Shown: piece by piece, positions 9,645 through 22,356 of the stretch
How the letters are laid out: the number at the start of each line of letters is the position of its first letter
Numbering within the stretch: the first letter of the stretch is position 1
From: Christensenellales bacterium
Lineage (GTDB): Bacteria > Bacillota > Clostridia > Christensenellales > CAG-138
DNA: 64,000 nt
NCBI GenBank assembly: GCA_045114775.1
Contig: JBGULC010000028.1
Location: forward strand, 20,483-84,482
Direction: 5' to 3'
Notes under the pieces: generated by a model
Database searches by the model: none
The model's input: the letters and a program-made list of their open reading frames with translations, nothing else
What the model was told of the DNA's origin: nothing
Position numbers and translations under genes: made by a program

Positions 9645-10499
9645 TTACACGCGTTTGCCGCAGTAGATGCAGAACGTCGAATCCGCATCGATCCTCTCTC
9701 CGCAGTGCGGACAGTGCATCTGCTGCGGAGCTTCCGGCTGCATCAGCGGTTTTTTTACCATTTCGGGAGAAGGATATGCTTCCCTCGCCGCCGGGCGCTC
9801 CCGGCTTTCATCGTCCATTTCCCCAGCCGGACGGAATCCGGACATGGTCTTCTCCTCTGCATTGCGGAAGGAGGACCGGATCACGGATCTCTGTGCCGGC
9901 GCTTCCGGCTCCTCATGGTAAGCAGGACGCACGGTCTCCTGCGCCGGTCTTTCTTCGCGATATGCGGATCGTACCGGCTCCTGCACGGTTCTTTCCTCGC
10001 GGTATACAGGTCGTATAGGCTCCTGTGCCGGTCTTTGCCCGCTGTACGCTTGTCGAATCGGAACGGATTGCGGCTCCGGGCCGTCCTCCTGATAATACTC
10101 ATACGGCCCTTCATCCTCATCATTCTCGTCCGTATGACGCAGCGCCTTGCGCTGTTTCCGCTTGATCTCGCTCGACCAGGTCTCGTCCGCCTCTGCAGCG
10201 CGCTCCTCCGGGACGGTTTCATCCTCAAGGAACTCGTCCAATTCGTCCTCTTCGTCAAATACTTCATGCTTTTTACGCGAGCCTTCATCGCGGAACGAAA
10301 CGATCGCGATCGTCATGATCACGGCGGCGAGCACGCAGCCGATGCCGATCACAAGCGTCACAAAGCCTGTCTCACGGAAAAGCTGAAAAATCGACCGTCC
10401 GGTAAATGCCGGATTCAGCCGCATCATCAGCAGCGCGAACAGACCGTACAGCAGGGTCGTGACCCCGAAGGTCGCCAAAATGGTTCGGATGGTTTTCAT
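9645..10499 (-). CDS. zinc-ribbon membrane protein with degenerate P-x-YREER repeats
   Basis: Two N-terminal TM helices. Repeats EPIRPVYREERTVQEPVRSAYREERPAQETVRPAYHEE. C-terminal CPHCGERIDADSTFCIYCGKRV. Start ATG 10499 behind AAGGAG. Confidence 0.6.
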   Translation of the reverse strand: MKTIRTILATFGVTTLLYGLFALLMMRLNPAFTGRSIFQLFRETGFVTLVIGIGCVLAAVIMTIAIVSFRDEGSRKKHEVFDEEDELDEFLEDETVPEERAAEADETWSSEIKRKQRKALRHTDENDEDEGPYEYYQEDGPEPQSVPIRQAYSGQRPAQEPIRPVYREERTVQEPVRSAYREERPAQETVRPAYHEEPEAPAQRSVIRSSFRNAEEKTMSGFRPAGEMDDESRERPAAREAYPSPEMVKKPLMQPEAPQQMHCPHCGERIDADSTFCIYCGKRV

Positions 10500-10509
10500 A
10501 CTGTTCTCC

Positions 10510-11769
10510 TTACTTTTCAATCAAAGATTGTATCTCCCGAAGCAGCCGGATGTTTCCCCGCTCCGTCTCTGTCATACGACCGGACAGGTCCGGATCGCGC
10601 ACTTCATACCAATCGTATGCATGGTAGTGTTCGTCAAATTCCCGTTCTGTCTTAGGATCGAACGCAGCGTAATAGCGTGCGTAGATCTCCTTTCTCGCAT
10701 AGCGCAGAAGATTCGCCAGCGAGTGTCCGTCCACAGCAGTGAGACTCCAGATCATATCCTCATCCAGCGGGTCGTAGGTCGGCGACCAGTAGACGCCGTT
10801 CGCCATACGGTAGCTCGTGGGGAATCCCGGGAACCGCACGAATCCGTTTACATCGAATCCGTCCTTGCCCTTCACACGTACGCCGCCGCCCGAAAGCTTC
10901 GTCGCTGTTCCTCCGCGCGGAATTTGCTTGCTCTCCTCTTCCGTGCCGCACAAAGAGACGTCGACTGAGGAGTACAGGATCTTTCCTTCCGATCGGTAAA
11001 GATCGTAGAGATCGACTGTAAACCAGATACTGATCGGATCGGCGCCGTCCTCAGGCTTATAGGTCGCCGTGTAGCTCGCTCGGTACAGATTTCTGTGTCG
11101 TCCTCCCTCGTATACTATAAACACCACTTGTGTCTTAGTTGTGTCATAATTGTTTCCGAATATCTCTTTACACAGCAAATCCCGTTCATTTTGTACGGTT
11201 TCGCAGATCGTACGAAGATTCAGGCCGTTTCCGTCAGCGTCCAGAAGGGAGGTGAGCATGCCGTCCGGATCCTTCGGCTGCGGCGTTACGACGACCGCAG
11301 GCGTCTCGCTCGGCACGGGGACGGGCGTCGGCGACGAGCCGGCCACAAACCCCTTGACCTGCTGTTCCCACGTCGTTTCGCGGAATGTGATACCGTATTT
11401 TTGCAACGTCTCCGTGTCCGCCTCAATCGTGACGCGCATGGTCTCCGCGTCGATCGGCTTCAGGTGCATCTTAGCGGTGCAGAGCGCATATACCTCCGGA
11501 TAGTCCGCCGCCTTCACATTCGGGCGGTTCGGGTTCGGCAGACGAAGATCGTTCAGGATCGCATCCACGTCCAAAAGAACGGCGGGGTTTCCGCCGGCGT
11601 CCGTGCCGACGTTCACATAGTTTTTCAGGTCGATTTCGGTTCGGTTCCCGCGTACGGCGATCAGCACGGCGATCGTTACCGCCGCGCCGAGCATGATCCC
11701 GGAAAGGATCCACGCAAGGCGTTTTCTTCCCCGCATCCTGCGTTCGCCGTTGTCCGTTCCCTCTTTCAT
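10510..11769 (-). CDS. membrane-anchored YARHG-domain protein (paralog of 7625..9631)
   Basis: C-terminal LLRYARKEIYARYYAAFDP...YDWYEVRDP, an N-terminal TM, and one copy of the same N-terminal module as the paralog. Confidence 0.7.
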   Translation of the reverse strand: MKEGTDNGERRMRGRKRLAWILSGIMLGAAVTIAVLIAVRGNRTEIDLKNYVNVGTDAGGNPAVLLDVDAILNDLRLPNPNRPNVKAADYPEVYALCTAKMHLKPIDAETMRVTIEADTETLQKYGITFRETTWEQQVKGFVAGSSPTPVPVPSETPAVVVTPQPKDPDGMLTSLLDADGNGLNLRTICETVQNERDLLCKEIFGNNYDTTKTQVVFIVYEGGRHRNLYRASYTATYKPEDGADPISIWFTVDLYDLYRSEGKILYSSVDVSLCGTEEESKQIPRGGTATKLSGGGVRVKGKDGFDVNGFVRFPGFPTSYRMANGVYWSPTYDPLDEDMIWSLTAVDGHSLANLLRYARKEIYARYYAAFDPKTEREFDEHYHAYDWYEVRDPDLSGRMTETERGNIRLLREIQSLIEK

Positions 11770-11925
11770 GTCTTTCAGTATATCACATCCTCATCGTTTT
11801 GCATAGGGCAAACACGGGTTTTCATACAAAATACCGTGCTTTACCGTTTTCGGTTGCAAACGGCTGAAGCTGTTTCCCGTCAAAAAAGCGCCCCGCAGAA
11901 TACGAGGCGCAAAGTGTACTATTGT

Positions 11926-13155
11926 TCAGAACGCAAAATTGCCGTCGATAAAGACGGGCACTTCTTTTCCGTCATGGGTATAGCCGGTGACACGAAGATC
12001 CGCGGTGCCAACCATAAAATCGACGTGCGTGATCGAATCGTTGAGGCCTGCGGCGATCAACTCTTCCTTGGTCATGTTTGCGCCGTCCTTGACGTTACTT
12101 GCATACGCCTTGCCGAACGCAAAGTGGCAGGCGGCGTTCTCGTCGAACAGGGTTTCGTAATAAAGCGTTTTCGAATTGCTGATCGGAGAATCGTACGGTA
12201 CAAGCGCGACCTCACCGAAATACGACGCGCCTTCGTCAACGCTGATCGCAGCCTTCAGGACATCCTCGCCCTTGGTCGCTTCGGCTTTTTCGATATGCCC
12301 GTCCTTCAGCGTGAAGCGGATATTTTCGATGACGTTGCCGTCGCGGCAGAGCGGCATCGAAGCGCAGACGACGCCGTTGATCCCGGTCTTCTTGTTCGCG
12401 GTAAAGCATTCCTCGGTCGGGATGTTCGGCATATAGTCCTGACCGGACGCCGTGCGATCGCCGCCCGCTTCCCAGATATGGTCGTCCGCGAGCTCGACCC
12501 AAAGATCCGTGCCGAGCGCATTCTCATAGTGCAGCTTCTCGAAATGGTATTCGTTCAGAATGCGGACATGCTCCCGAAGGTTTGCCGCGTGTTTTCTCCA
12601 CGCCTCGACCGCCGTGCCGTCTCCTTTGACGCGGCAGGCCATGAAGATCTTGTCCCACAGCGCGTTGACCGCGTCCGCTTCATCGAGATCCGGGAAGACC
12701 TTTTTCGCCCACTTGGGACTCGAAAGCGCGCCGATGCCCCACGGGAAAACGTTCTGATCCTGATAGCGGCGGTACTCCTTGAGCTTCTCGCCGGACGCCT
12801 TGTGCGAACGCAGAATGCGGTCGCTGTCCACGCCGAGCAGGTTCTCCGGGTCGTCGGATATCAGGTGCAAAAACGCCGCGCCTTCCTTTGAATAGTGCGT
12901 ATAGAGGTCCGCGCGGAACTGCGGGAACTCGTCGAACACCGCGTCGTCGGCATACAGGAACTTTGCGCGGGTCATGTGGTCGTCGTTCCACATCATCACG
13001 ACCTCACGGCAGCCGTTCTCATACGCGACGTCTGCGCACATCCTTGCAAACGGCGCCTGATCGACCGGTGCAAACAGCAACAGCGTCTGCCCCTTCTGAA
13101 TGTTGACGCCGACCTCGACCAACAGTTTTGCGTACTCTTTGAGCTTCGATTCCAT
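11926..13155 (-). CDS. aminopeptidase, M29 (AmpS/PepS-like) family
   Basis: Full-length similarity pattern to thermophilic metalloaminopeptidases (MESKLKEYAKLLVEVGVNIQKGQ...FIDGNFAF). Start ATG 13155 behind AAGGAGAG. Confidence 0.8.
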   Translation of the reverse strand: MESKLKEYAKLLVEVGVNIQKGQTLLLFAPVDQAPFARMCADVAYENGCREVVMMWNDDHMTRAKFLYADDAVFDEFPQFRADLYTHYSKEGAAFLHLISDDPENLLGVDSDRILRSHKASGEKLKEYRRYQDQNVFPWGIGALSSPKWAKKVFPDLDEADAVNALWDKIFMACRVKGDGTAVEAWRKHAANLREHVRILNEYHFEKLHYENALGTDLWVELADDHIWEAGGDRTASGQDYMPNIPTEECFTANKKTGINGVVCASMPLCRDGNVIENIRFTLKDGHIEKAEATKGEDVLKAAISVDEGASYFGEVALVPYDSPISNSKTLYYETLFDENAACHFAFGKAYASNVKDGANMTKEELIAAGLNDSITHVDFMVGTADLRVTGYTHDGKEVPVFIDGNFAF

Positions 13156-13185
13156 TCTCGTTTTCTCTCCTTGCAAAATAGTGTT

Positions 13186-14157
13186 TTATACAGCCGCGCC
13201 CGCCATCGAAACGACAACGAACAGCAGAATTCCGGACATCAGAAGGGTCTGGAGAAGATCCCGCTTCTTTGCGTGATCCCCGTCGGAAAGCGACGCGTCC
13301 GCGAGCGCGTCGATCGCCGCGAGCGCCGTCGCATAGACAAGCCGCTGGCTGCGTCCGACCTTCATCGCGGAAAAGCCCTTCTGCTCCTTGAGATACGCCG
13401 CGATCGCCGCGATCGTTTCGGCAGTTTCGGTCTCGTTCGCATCCAACGTTGCCAGAAACGCAAGGATCGGCAGATCGAGCATCTCGCGGTTTTTGATCCC
13501 CGCTTCCCGGACCGCATCGTACAGCCGCTCAGTTCTGAGCGCAAGCAGATCCGCAGGCTGGTCGGACATTGCGATCGCAAAGCTCGCCATCTGTGCCGCA
13601 TTCGTGCGGCGGAACCGACGCGCCAGAAGATCCATCGCCGTATCGGCGCGCGGGTACAGAACATCCTTTTCGGCGCCGTACATAGCGAACAGCACGGCGA
13701 ACATCACGTCCTCGCCGCCGGTCAGGATCCGATGCGCATGCCGCATTTCAAGGTACTGCTCGCGCGCTTCCCTCGCTACCGCGTCCGCGCGATCGTGCGC
13801 CTTTGCCATCAGAAATGCCGCCGGGCACAGATAGTCGGTCGGCGCAAAGCCCGCGGCACGAAGCTTCCGCAAGTTGTCCTTTGCATAGCTCAGCCTCTGT
13901 CCGCCGTCCTCGTGCTCGCCGATCTTGATCGCCGCCGGCGCCATGCCCAGACCTCGGAACGCCGAGAAGATCCCTGTGTTTTTTTTCAGAATGTGCTTGC
14001 CGCGGCGGATCGAATCAAGGTCCGCATCCCGATCATCCAATCCCAGTAGAAGCGCACACAGGCAATGCACCTGCGGCGTGGACATTCGGAACGCGCGCTC
14101 GATCCGTTTTCTGTTTTCGATAAACTGCTCCGTACGGCGCATCGTTGCGCTCTGCAT
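13186..14157 (-). CDS. hypothetical protein (helical; family not recognised with confidence)
   Basis: Clean ORF with coding-like composition. ATG 14157 lies 7 nt after GGAGGA. I see no diagnostic motif. Confidence 0.5.
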   Translation of the reverse strand: MQSATMRRTEQFIENRKRIERAFRMSTPQVHCLCALLLGLDDRDADLDSIRRGKHILKKNTGIFSAFRGLGMAPAAIKIGEHEDGGQRLSYAKDNLRKLRAAGFAPTDYLCPAAFLMAKAHDRADAVAREAREQYLEMRHAHRILTGGEDVMFAVLFAMYGAEKDVLYPRADTAMDLLARRFRRTNAAQMASFAIAMSDQPADLLALRTERLYDAVREAGIKNREMLDLPILAFLATLDANETETAETIAAIAAYLKEQKGFSAMKVGRSQRLVYATALAAIDALADASLSDGDHAKKRDLLQTLLMSGILLFVVVSMAGAAV

Positions 14158-14361
14158 TGCCATATCCTCCATATCTGTATCTATATTATTATGCCATAAA
14201 CTGCGGCGTTTGAAAAGCTTTTTTTAACCGTTTTCGGCTACGTTTCGTATATGTATGCGAGAGAGTACGAATCCGTCCCTCGCGCCGCTTTGTTTGTCGA
14301 AACCATCTTTCGCCCCGTTTCGTATGTTATGCTCGCCAAAAACCGTTCCGGAGGCGATCCC

Positions 14362-15561
14362 ATGACAAAAACCCGACTGTTTCAGGCGCTGTGGATCCTG
14401 CTGCTTGCCGTTGTCTGCGCGCTCATGTTCTTCTGGCGCCGTGAGTCCACAAAGTCCGCGCAGGGCACGATCCCGTTTGAAGATACGGTGGTCGCCGTCG
14501 TGACGCCCGACAGCACACCCGCGCCGCTGCCGACGGTACCGCCGACGCTGCAGGTCGTCGAAGAGCTCGTGCCGACGCCGAAGCCGACGCAAAAGCTTAT
14601 CGAAGAGGTTGTGCCGACGCCGAAACCGACGATCTTCGAAATCACCGAGGTGTTCGTACCGCTGATCGAGACTCCGACGCCCGCGCCTCTGCCGACTGCG
14701 CCGTTCTCGATCTCTACGCCTATTCCCTCACCCTCTCCCGTGCCGGATCCTGACAGCATTGCGCCGTTTTCGCTGATTTGGTTTTCGGATACGCAGTACT
14801 ACGCCTATAAAAAACCGGAGATCTTCCTCTCGATGGCGGATTGGGCGCTGCGCGTCCGTACAGACTACAACGCGCTTGCGGTCGTCTGCACCGGCGACAT
14901 TGTGGATAACCGCAACTATACGCGCCATTGGACGAACGCGGAAAAGGCGATCGACCGCGTGCGCGAGTCCATGCCGTTCTACTGCGTCGCAGGCAATCAT
15001 GACGTCGGCGCCGACAAGGTCGATTACACGCAGTATTTTGCCTACGATTTTTGCACCGCGCCGGAGGCCATGGAGTTTTCGGAAGACGGACGCTGCTGGG
15101 TGCTGCCGATATATTCGCACGGGATCCTGCTGATCGGGATCGGCTGGCAGAACGACGTCGCCTACGCAGACTGGCTGAACGGACGCATCCATGCCTACAA
15201 CGACCTGCCCGCCGTATTGCTCGTACACAGCTTTCTGAATGACGACGGCTCGCTTTCCGTAAACGGCAAACGGGTGGAAAAGGCGATCCTGCGCCGCTCC
15301 CCCTCCGTACGGTTGGTTCTGTGCGGGCACAACGACGGTTCCGCACGCTGGTCGAAAACGTATGACGACGGACATACGGTGAACGCAATGATGTACAATT
15401 TCCAGGACGATAAAAAATACGGGCTCGGCTATGCCCGCGTGCTGATGTTCAACCCGAAAACCCGCAATATTGCGGTCACAACCTATTCCCCGTACCTGAA
15501 CGACTACAACTATTACAAAAATGCCGAGCGGGACACCTTTACCCTGCACGACGCGTGGTGA
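14362..15561 (+). CDS. membrane-anchored calcineurin-like metallophosphoesterase with a Pro/Thr linker
   Basis: TM helix LFQALWILLLAVVCALMFF and a linker with repeated VPTPKPT. Motifs CTGDIVDN, AGNHDVG and CGHNDG. Start ATG 14362 behind GGAGG. Confidence 0.75.
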   Translation: MTKTRLFQALWILLLAVVCALMFFWRRESTKSAQGTIPFEDTVVAVVTPDSTPAPLPTVPPTLQVVEELVPTPKPTQKLIEEVVPTPKPTIFEITEVFVPLIETPTPAPLPTAPFSISTPIPSPSPVPDPDSIAPFSLIWFSDTQYYAYKKPEIFLSMADWALRVRTDYNALAVVCTGDIVDNRNYTRHWTNAEKAIDRVRESMPFYCVAGNHDVGADKVDYTQYFAYDFCTAPEAMEFSEDGRCWVLPIYSHGILLIGIGWQNDVAYADWLNGRIHAYNDLPAVLLVHSFLNDDGSLSVNGKRVEKAILRRSPSVRLVLCGHNDGSARWSKTYDDGHTVNAMMYNFQDDKKYGLGYARVLMFNPKTRNIAVTTYSPYLNDYNYYKNAERDTFTLHDAW

Positions 15562-15586
15562 AGACGGACGGATGATCCGCTTGCCG

Positions 15587-16024
15587 TCATGACAGTCTCT
15601 TCACAAAGCAGATGATGCGGTTTGCTTCCGTGAAACCGGCCGCAAGATGAAAATGCAGGCTGTCGGTGTTCGTGAGCTCGCAATCGCTTGCAAATTCTTT
15701 GCAGCCCTGTTCCCTTGCCCAGTTCTCGCATGCGGCAAGCAGCGCCGATGCAACGCCGCGGTTCCGGTATGGCTTTTCTACGAAAACGCCCTCAAGGTAT
15801 CCGACCGGCGAGGTCTCCGTGCCCTCCACGTAATCGTACCGCAGCTGACACTGCGCAAAGCCGACGTGCTTTCCCGCCTGCTCGTAAAGATAGACCGCAC
15901 AATCCTTGTTCGGAAGGATCGATTCAAACTCCGCTTCAAGCTCCTCCGGCCGATGCTCCGGCCAGAGCCGAACGGCTATCTTCGCGACGATCTTTGCGTC
16001 ATCCGGTGTTGCTTTCCGCATCAT
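15587..16024 (-). CDS. GNAT N-acetyltransferase, AAC(6')-I-like
   Basis: 145 aa. QCQLRYDYVEGTETSPVGYLEGVFVEKPYRNRGVASALL...GCKEFASDCELTN matches, from memory, the AAC(6')-I signature LRxDYVxGxxxSPVxxLEG...ASD. Confidence 0.65.
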   Translation of the reverse strand: MMRKATPDDAKIVAKIAVRLWPEHRPEELEAEFESILPNKDCAVYLYEQAGKHVGFAQCQLRYDYVEGTETSPVGYLEGVFVEKPYRNRGVASALLAACENWAREQGCKEFASDCELTNTDSLHFHLAAGFTEANRIICFVKRLS

Positions 16025-16213
16025 ATAGCCACCCCTTTATCGATGAAACCCCGCCGTTTGCACGGCGCAGGCTGTTGGGAAGACGGTCAAAATCCGTGTT
16101 TTCACGAGGTAGTTATACTAACGTATGCATGGTACGCGCGGGTAGCGCGCGATCTGCCTCTGTAACGAAGTGGACCGAGAGAAAACACGGATAGTTTGCG
16201 GCGATAATAATCA

Positions 16214-16242
16214 AAGAAAGGGCGCGATTTGCGCCCTTTCTT
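16214..16242 (-). terminator. hairpin terminator downstream of PFOR
   Basis: AAGAAAGGGCGC-GATT-TGCGCCCTTTCTT, flanked by A/T runs, so potentially bidirectional. Confidence 0.55.
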
Positions 16243-16307
16243 CCTATCGGTGTTTATTGCGATCCAATCGCCGCAAACGGTCTGACCTCTTATACGACAG
16301 CCTGCGA

Positions 16308-19889
<3,582 letters not shown>

Positions 19890-20002
19890 TTATAACAAAA
19901 ACCCATGTGAACTGTCAACGCCTTCCCGCCCGAAATCGCGTGTATATTGTACGGAAAGTTTTTTTCTTGCCAATCTGCGGAAAACCTATTATACTATAAC
20001 CC

Positions 20003-20914
20003 ATGAACAGTTGTACGCAATTTATATGGGATCATATCCTGACCTACTCGGTCATGGCGGCCGTCGGCATCCTCGCCGCGTTCGTTGCTGCGCTCCTGAT
20101 GTGCGTCAAGCGTGAGCAGAACTGGGTCCGTCAGCTCTTTCTGATGATCGCTTCGCTCCTCGGCCTTCTGGGCGGGGCGAAGCTTTTCGGCGCGATCTCC
20201 TACGCAACCTATCTGATGCAGCTCGGCGAGACCGTCACGCTGAAAAGGATCTTTGAGGATTCCGGCATCGTGTTTTACGGCGGGCTTTTGGGGTATCTTC
20301 TCACCTTCTGGGTGCTTTCGAAATTCTTTCTTCCGAAACGGCGCATCGGCCGCGACATCGTCGCCGCCACGATCCCGCTGTTTCACGGCTTTGCGCGCAT
20401 CGGCTGCTATCTCGGCCGCGGGACCGACGCGCTCGGCGAGCTCGTATGGAGCCCCTGCTGCTACGGGATCGAGATGCCCGACAGCGCGTTCTGCGCGCAT
20501 TTCTGGGATCACCGGCTGCCGGTGCAGCTCTTTGAATCGGCGTTCAACTTTCTTCTGTTCGCCCTGCTCCTCGTGCTCTTCCTCCGCGAGAAAAAGGAGG
20601 AGCGCCGCGGGCGTCTGATCTATCTGTATCTTCCCGCCTACGCAGTCTTCCGCTTTGTTATCGAGTTCTTCCGCGGCGATGCGGTCCGCGGCGGCTTCGG
20701 TCCGTTCTCGTTCTCGCAGATCGTAAGCCTTCTGATCCTCGTGTGGGTCGCGGTCTTCCTGCTTCTTAAAAAGCTCGGGGTTTTGAAGCCCCTGCCCGTC
20801 GATCCCTATGATCCCGGCGTAGACCTCTACCGTCTCGGCAAGCCGAAGGCCGTCAACGAGCCGATCGTCTTCAGTGAAGATGATGAAAACGACGGGGACG
20901 ACGACGAGCAATGA
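20003..20914 (+). CDS. lgt: prolipoprotein diacylglyceryl transferase-like protein with an acidic C-terminal tail
   Basis: Polytopic. Motifs FYGGLLG, ARIGCYLG...CCYG, LPVQLFES and YAVFRFVIEFFRGD resemble clostridial Lgt. The tail is SEDDENDGDDDEQ. Confidence 0.7.
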   Translation: MNSCTQFIWDHILTYSVMAAVGILAAFVAALLMCVKREQNWVRQLFLMIASLLGLLGGAKLFGAISYATYLMQLGETVTLKRIFEDSGIVFYGGLLGYLLTFWVLSKFFLPKRRIGRDIVAATIPLFHGFARIGCYLGRGTDALGELVWSPCCYGIEMPDSAFCAHFWDHRLPVQLFESAFNFLLFALLLVLFLREKKEERRGRLIYLYLPAYAVFRFVIEFFRGDAVRGGFGPFSFSQIVSLLILVWVAVFLLLKKLGVLKPLPVDPYDPGVDLYRLGKPKAVNEPIVFSEDDENDGDDDEQ

Positions 20915-21804
20915 GCGCGTACCTCGAACGGTTTGAAGACGTTTCCGCGCTTCGCGAAGCGGTCCGGGCGATCCTCGGACCCGGCGATTTTACGGCGTAC
21001 CGGTTCTGCGACGACGTCGCCGGCGAGCATAAGGTCTACGAGGTGTTCAAGATCGTACGATCCGACGGCGCGTACATATTGAAGCGCTATGACGATCCGA
21101 AGCGATCCGCCGCCGAGAAAGCGATCTATGCGCGATTCTCCCCCGCCCTTCCCGTTCCGCGCGCGCTCGGCTTTACCGCCGACTGCATGGTCACGTCGTT
21201 CGTTCCGGGCGAAGACCTCAAGAATATGACGGATGAAAGCGTTTCCGCGGCGGCTCTGTCCGTTGCGGAGATCCTGAATGCGTTCCCGCCCGGGTACGGT
21301 TATGACCGGATGGATGCGGACGCGGAGATTGCGTACCGTGAGCGGCGTCTTGAGAGTCTGAAAGGCGAACCGCTGCTTTTTGACGCATATACGAAGTGTC
21401 TGAAACGGATCAAGGCGATGCCGCTGACGCTGGCAAACGGCGATTTCCTGCCGCTTAACTGTCTGTACGACGGCAGGCGCGTCTGTATCATCGATTGGGA
21501 ATACGGCGGTTTCCTGCCCTACGCGCTCGATATCGGACGGTTCCTCGCGCACAGCGGCGAGCACGCGGTCTTCCCCTACCGTATGACCGAAGCGCAGAAG
21601 GTGCTGTTCTGCGATCGCATCTATGCGGCGCTTCGCGAGAAGCCCGACCGCAGCGTCTTCGACCGCGACGTGCAGCTTGCGGTCTTCGACGAATGGATCT
21701 TGATCTTAAGCTGGTATCTCAAGAATCCCGACGAGCCGAGAGACGAGACCTTTTCCGTCTATTCCGAAAAAGAAAAAGCGCTCGCGAAGGAGCTTCTGTC
21801 CTGA
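20911..21804 (+). CDS. phosphotransferase (APH/choline-kinase) family protein
   Basis: LANGDFLPLNCLYDGRRVCIIDWEYGG corresponds to a Brenner-type catalytic loop plus the IDWE metal site. The start overlaps the lgt stop (ATGA). Confidence 0.7.
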   Translation: MSAYLERFEDVSALREAVRAILGPGDFTAYRFCDDVAGEHKVYEVFKIVRSDGAYILKRYDDPKRSAAEKAIYARFSPALPVPRALGFTADCMVTSFVPGEDLKNMTDESVSAAALSVAEILNAFPPGYGYDRMDADAEIAYRERRLESLKGEPLLFDAYTKCLKRIKAMPLTLANGDFLPLNCLYDGRRVCIIDWEYGGFLPYALDIGRFLAHSGEHAVFPYRMTEAQKVLFCDRIYAALREKPDRSVFDRDVQLAVFDEWILILSWYLKNPDEPRDETFSVYSEKEKALAKELLS

Positions 21805-21816
21805 TTTTTCACATAG

Positions 21817-21846
21817 AAAAAGCAAGCCCATCGGACTTGCTTTTTT
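21817..21846. terminator. bidirectional hairpin between convergent genes
   Basis: AAAAAGCAAGCCC-ATC-GGACTTGCTTTTTT. Confidence 0.5.
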
Positions 21847-21857
21847 CATGCCGTTCT

Positions 21858-22343
21858 TTATCGTTCCATCTGAATGAGAAACTCGTTCGTGTCGTCCACG
21901 CGCTTCTTGTGCTCCGTCAGATGAAACCCGTGCCGCTCGTAGAAGCGGATCGCGCGCGGGTTCTTTTCAAGCACCCAAAGACGTCTGCCGCCGAGCATTT
22001 CCGCCGCATAACGAAACAGCGCGTCGCCGATCCCGTGGTTCTGCAGCACCGGCTCGACGAACAGCTTTTCGATCTCTCCGTCCTTTACGCGAATGAAGCC
22101 CTTGACGACGCCGTCGTCGTAAACGACAGTATGCTCCACGATCCCCGGTTCCTTCGAATAGAACGCCAGAAGATTCGGGACGGTCTTTTCGCCGAAATAA
22201 TACGCGTCGCTCCGGAAGATCGGGTAGAAGTTCAGTCGGTAATTGAAGATCTCGATCTCCGCAATTCGATTGAGGTCCTCCGCCCGCGCCGGGCGAATGC
22301 ATTCAACGTCACATAGCGGCGCTTTCCTGTGTTTCCGTTCCAT
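21858..22343 (-). CDS. GNAT family N-acetyltransferase
   Basis: Acetyl-CoA loop VLQNHGIGDALFRYA. Start ATG 22343 behind GGAGCGG. Confidence 0.75.
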   Translation of the reverse strand: MERKHRKAPLCDVECIRPARAEDLNRIAEIEIFNYRLNFYPIFRSDAYYFGEKTVPNLLAFYSKEPGIVEHTVVYDDGVVKGFIRVKDGEIEKLFVEPVLQNHGIGDALFRYAAEMLGGRRLWVLEKNPRAIRFYERHGFHLTEHKKRVDDTNEFLIQMER

Positions 22344-22356
22344 TTTTCCGCTCCGT

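Noticed and set aside
19994-21564. Minus-strand ORFs 19994..20911 (305 aa) and 20827..21564 (245 aa).
   Set aside because: They are antisense shadows of the lgt-like and phosphotransferase genes, with highly charged low-complexity translations.
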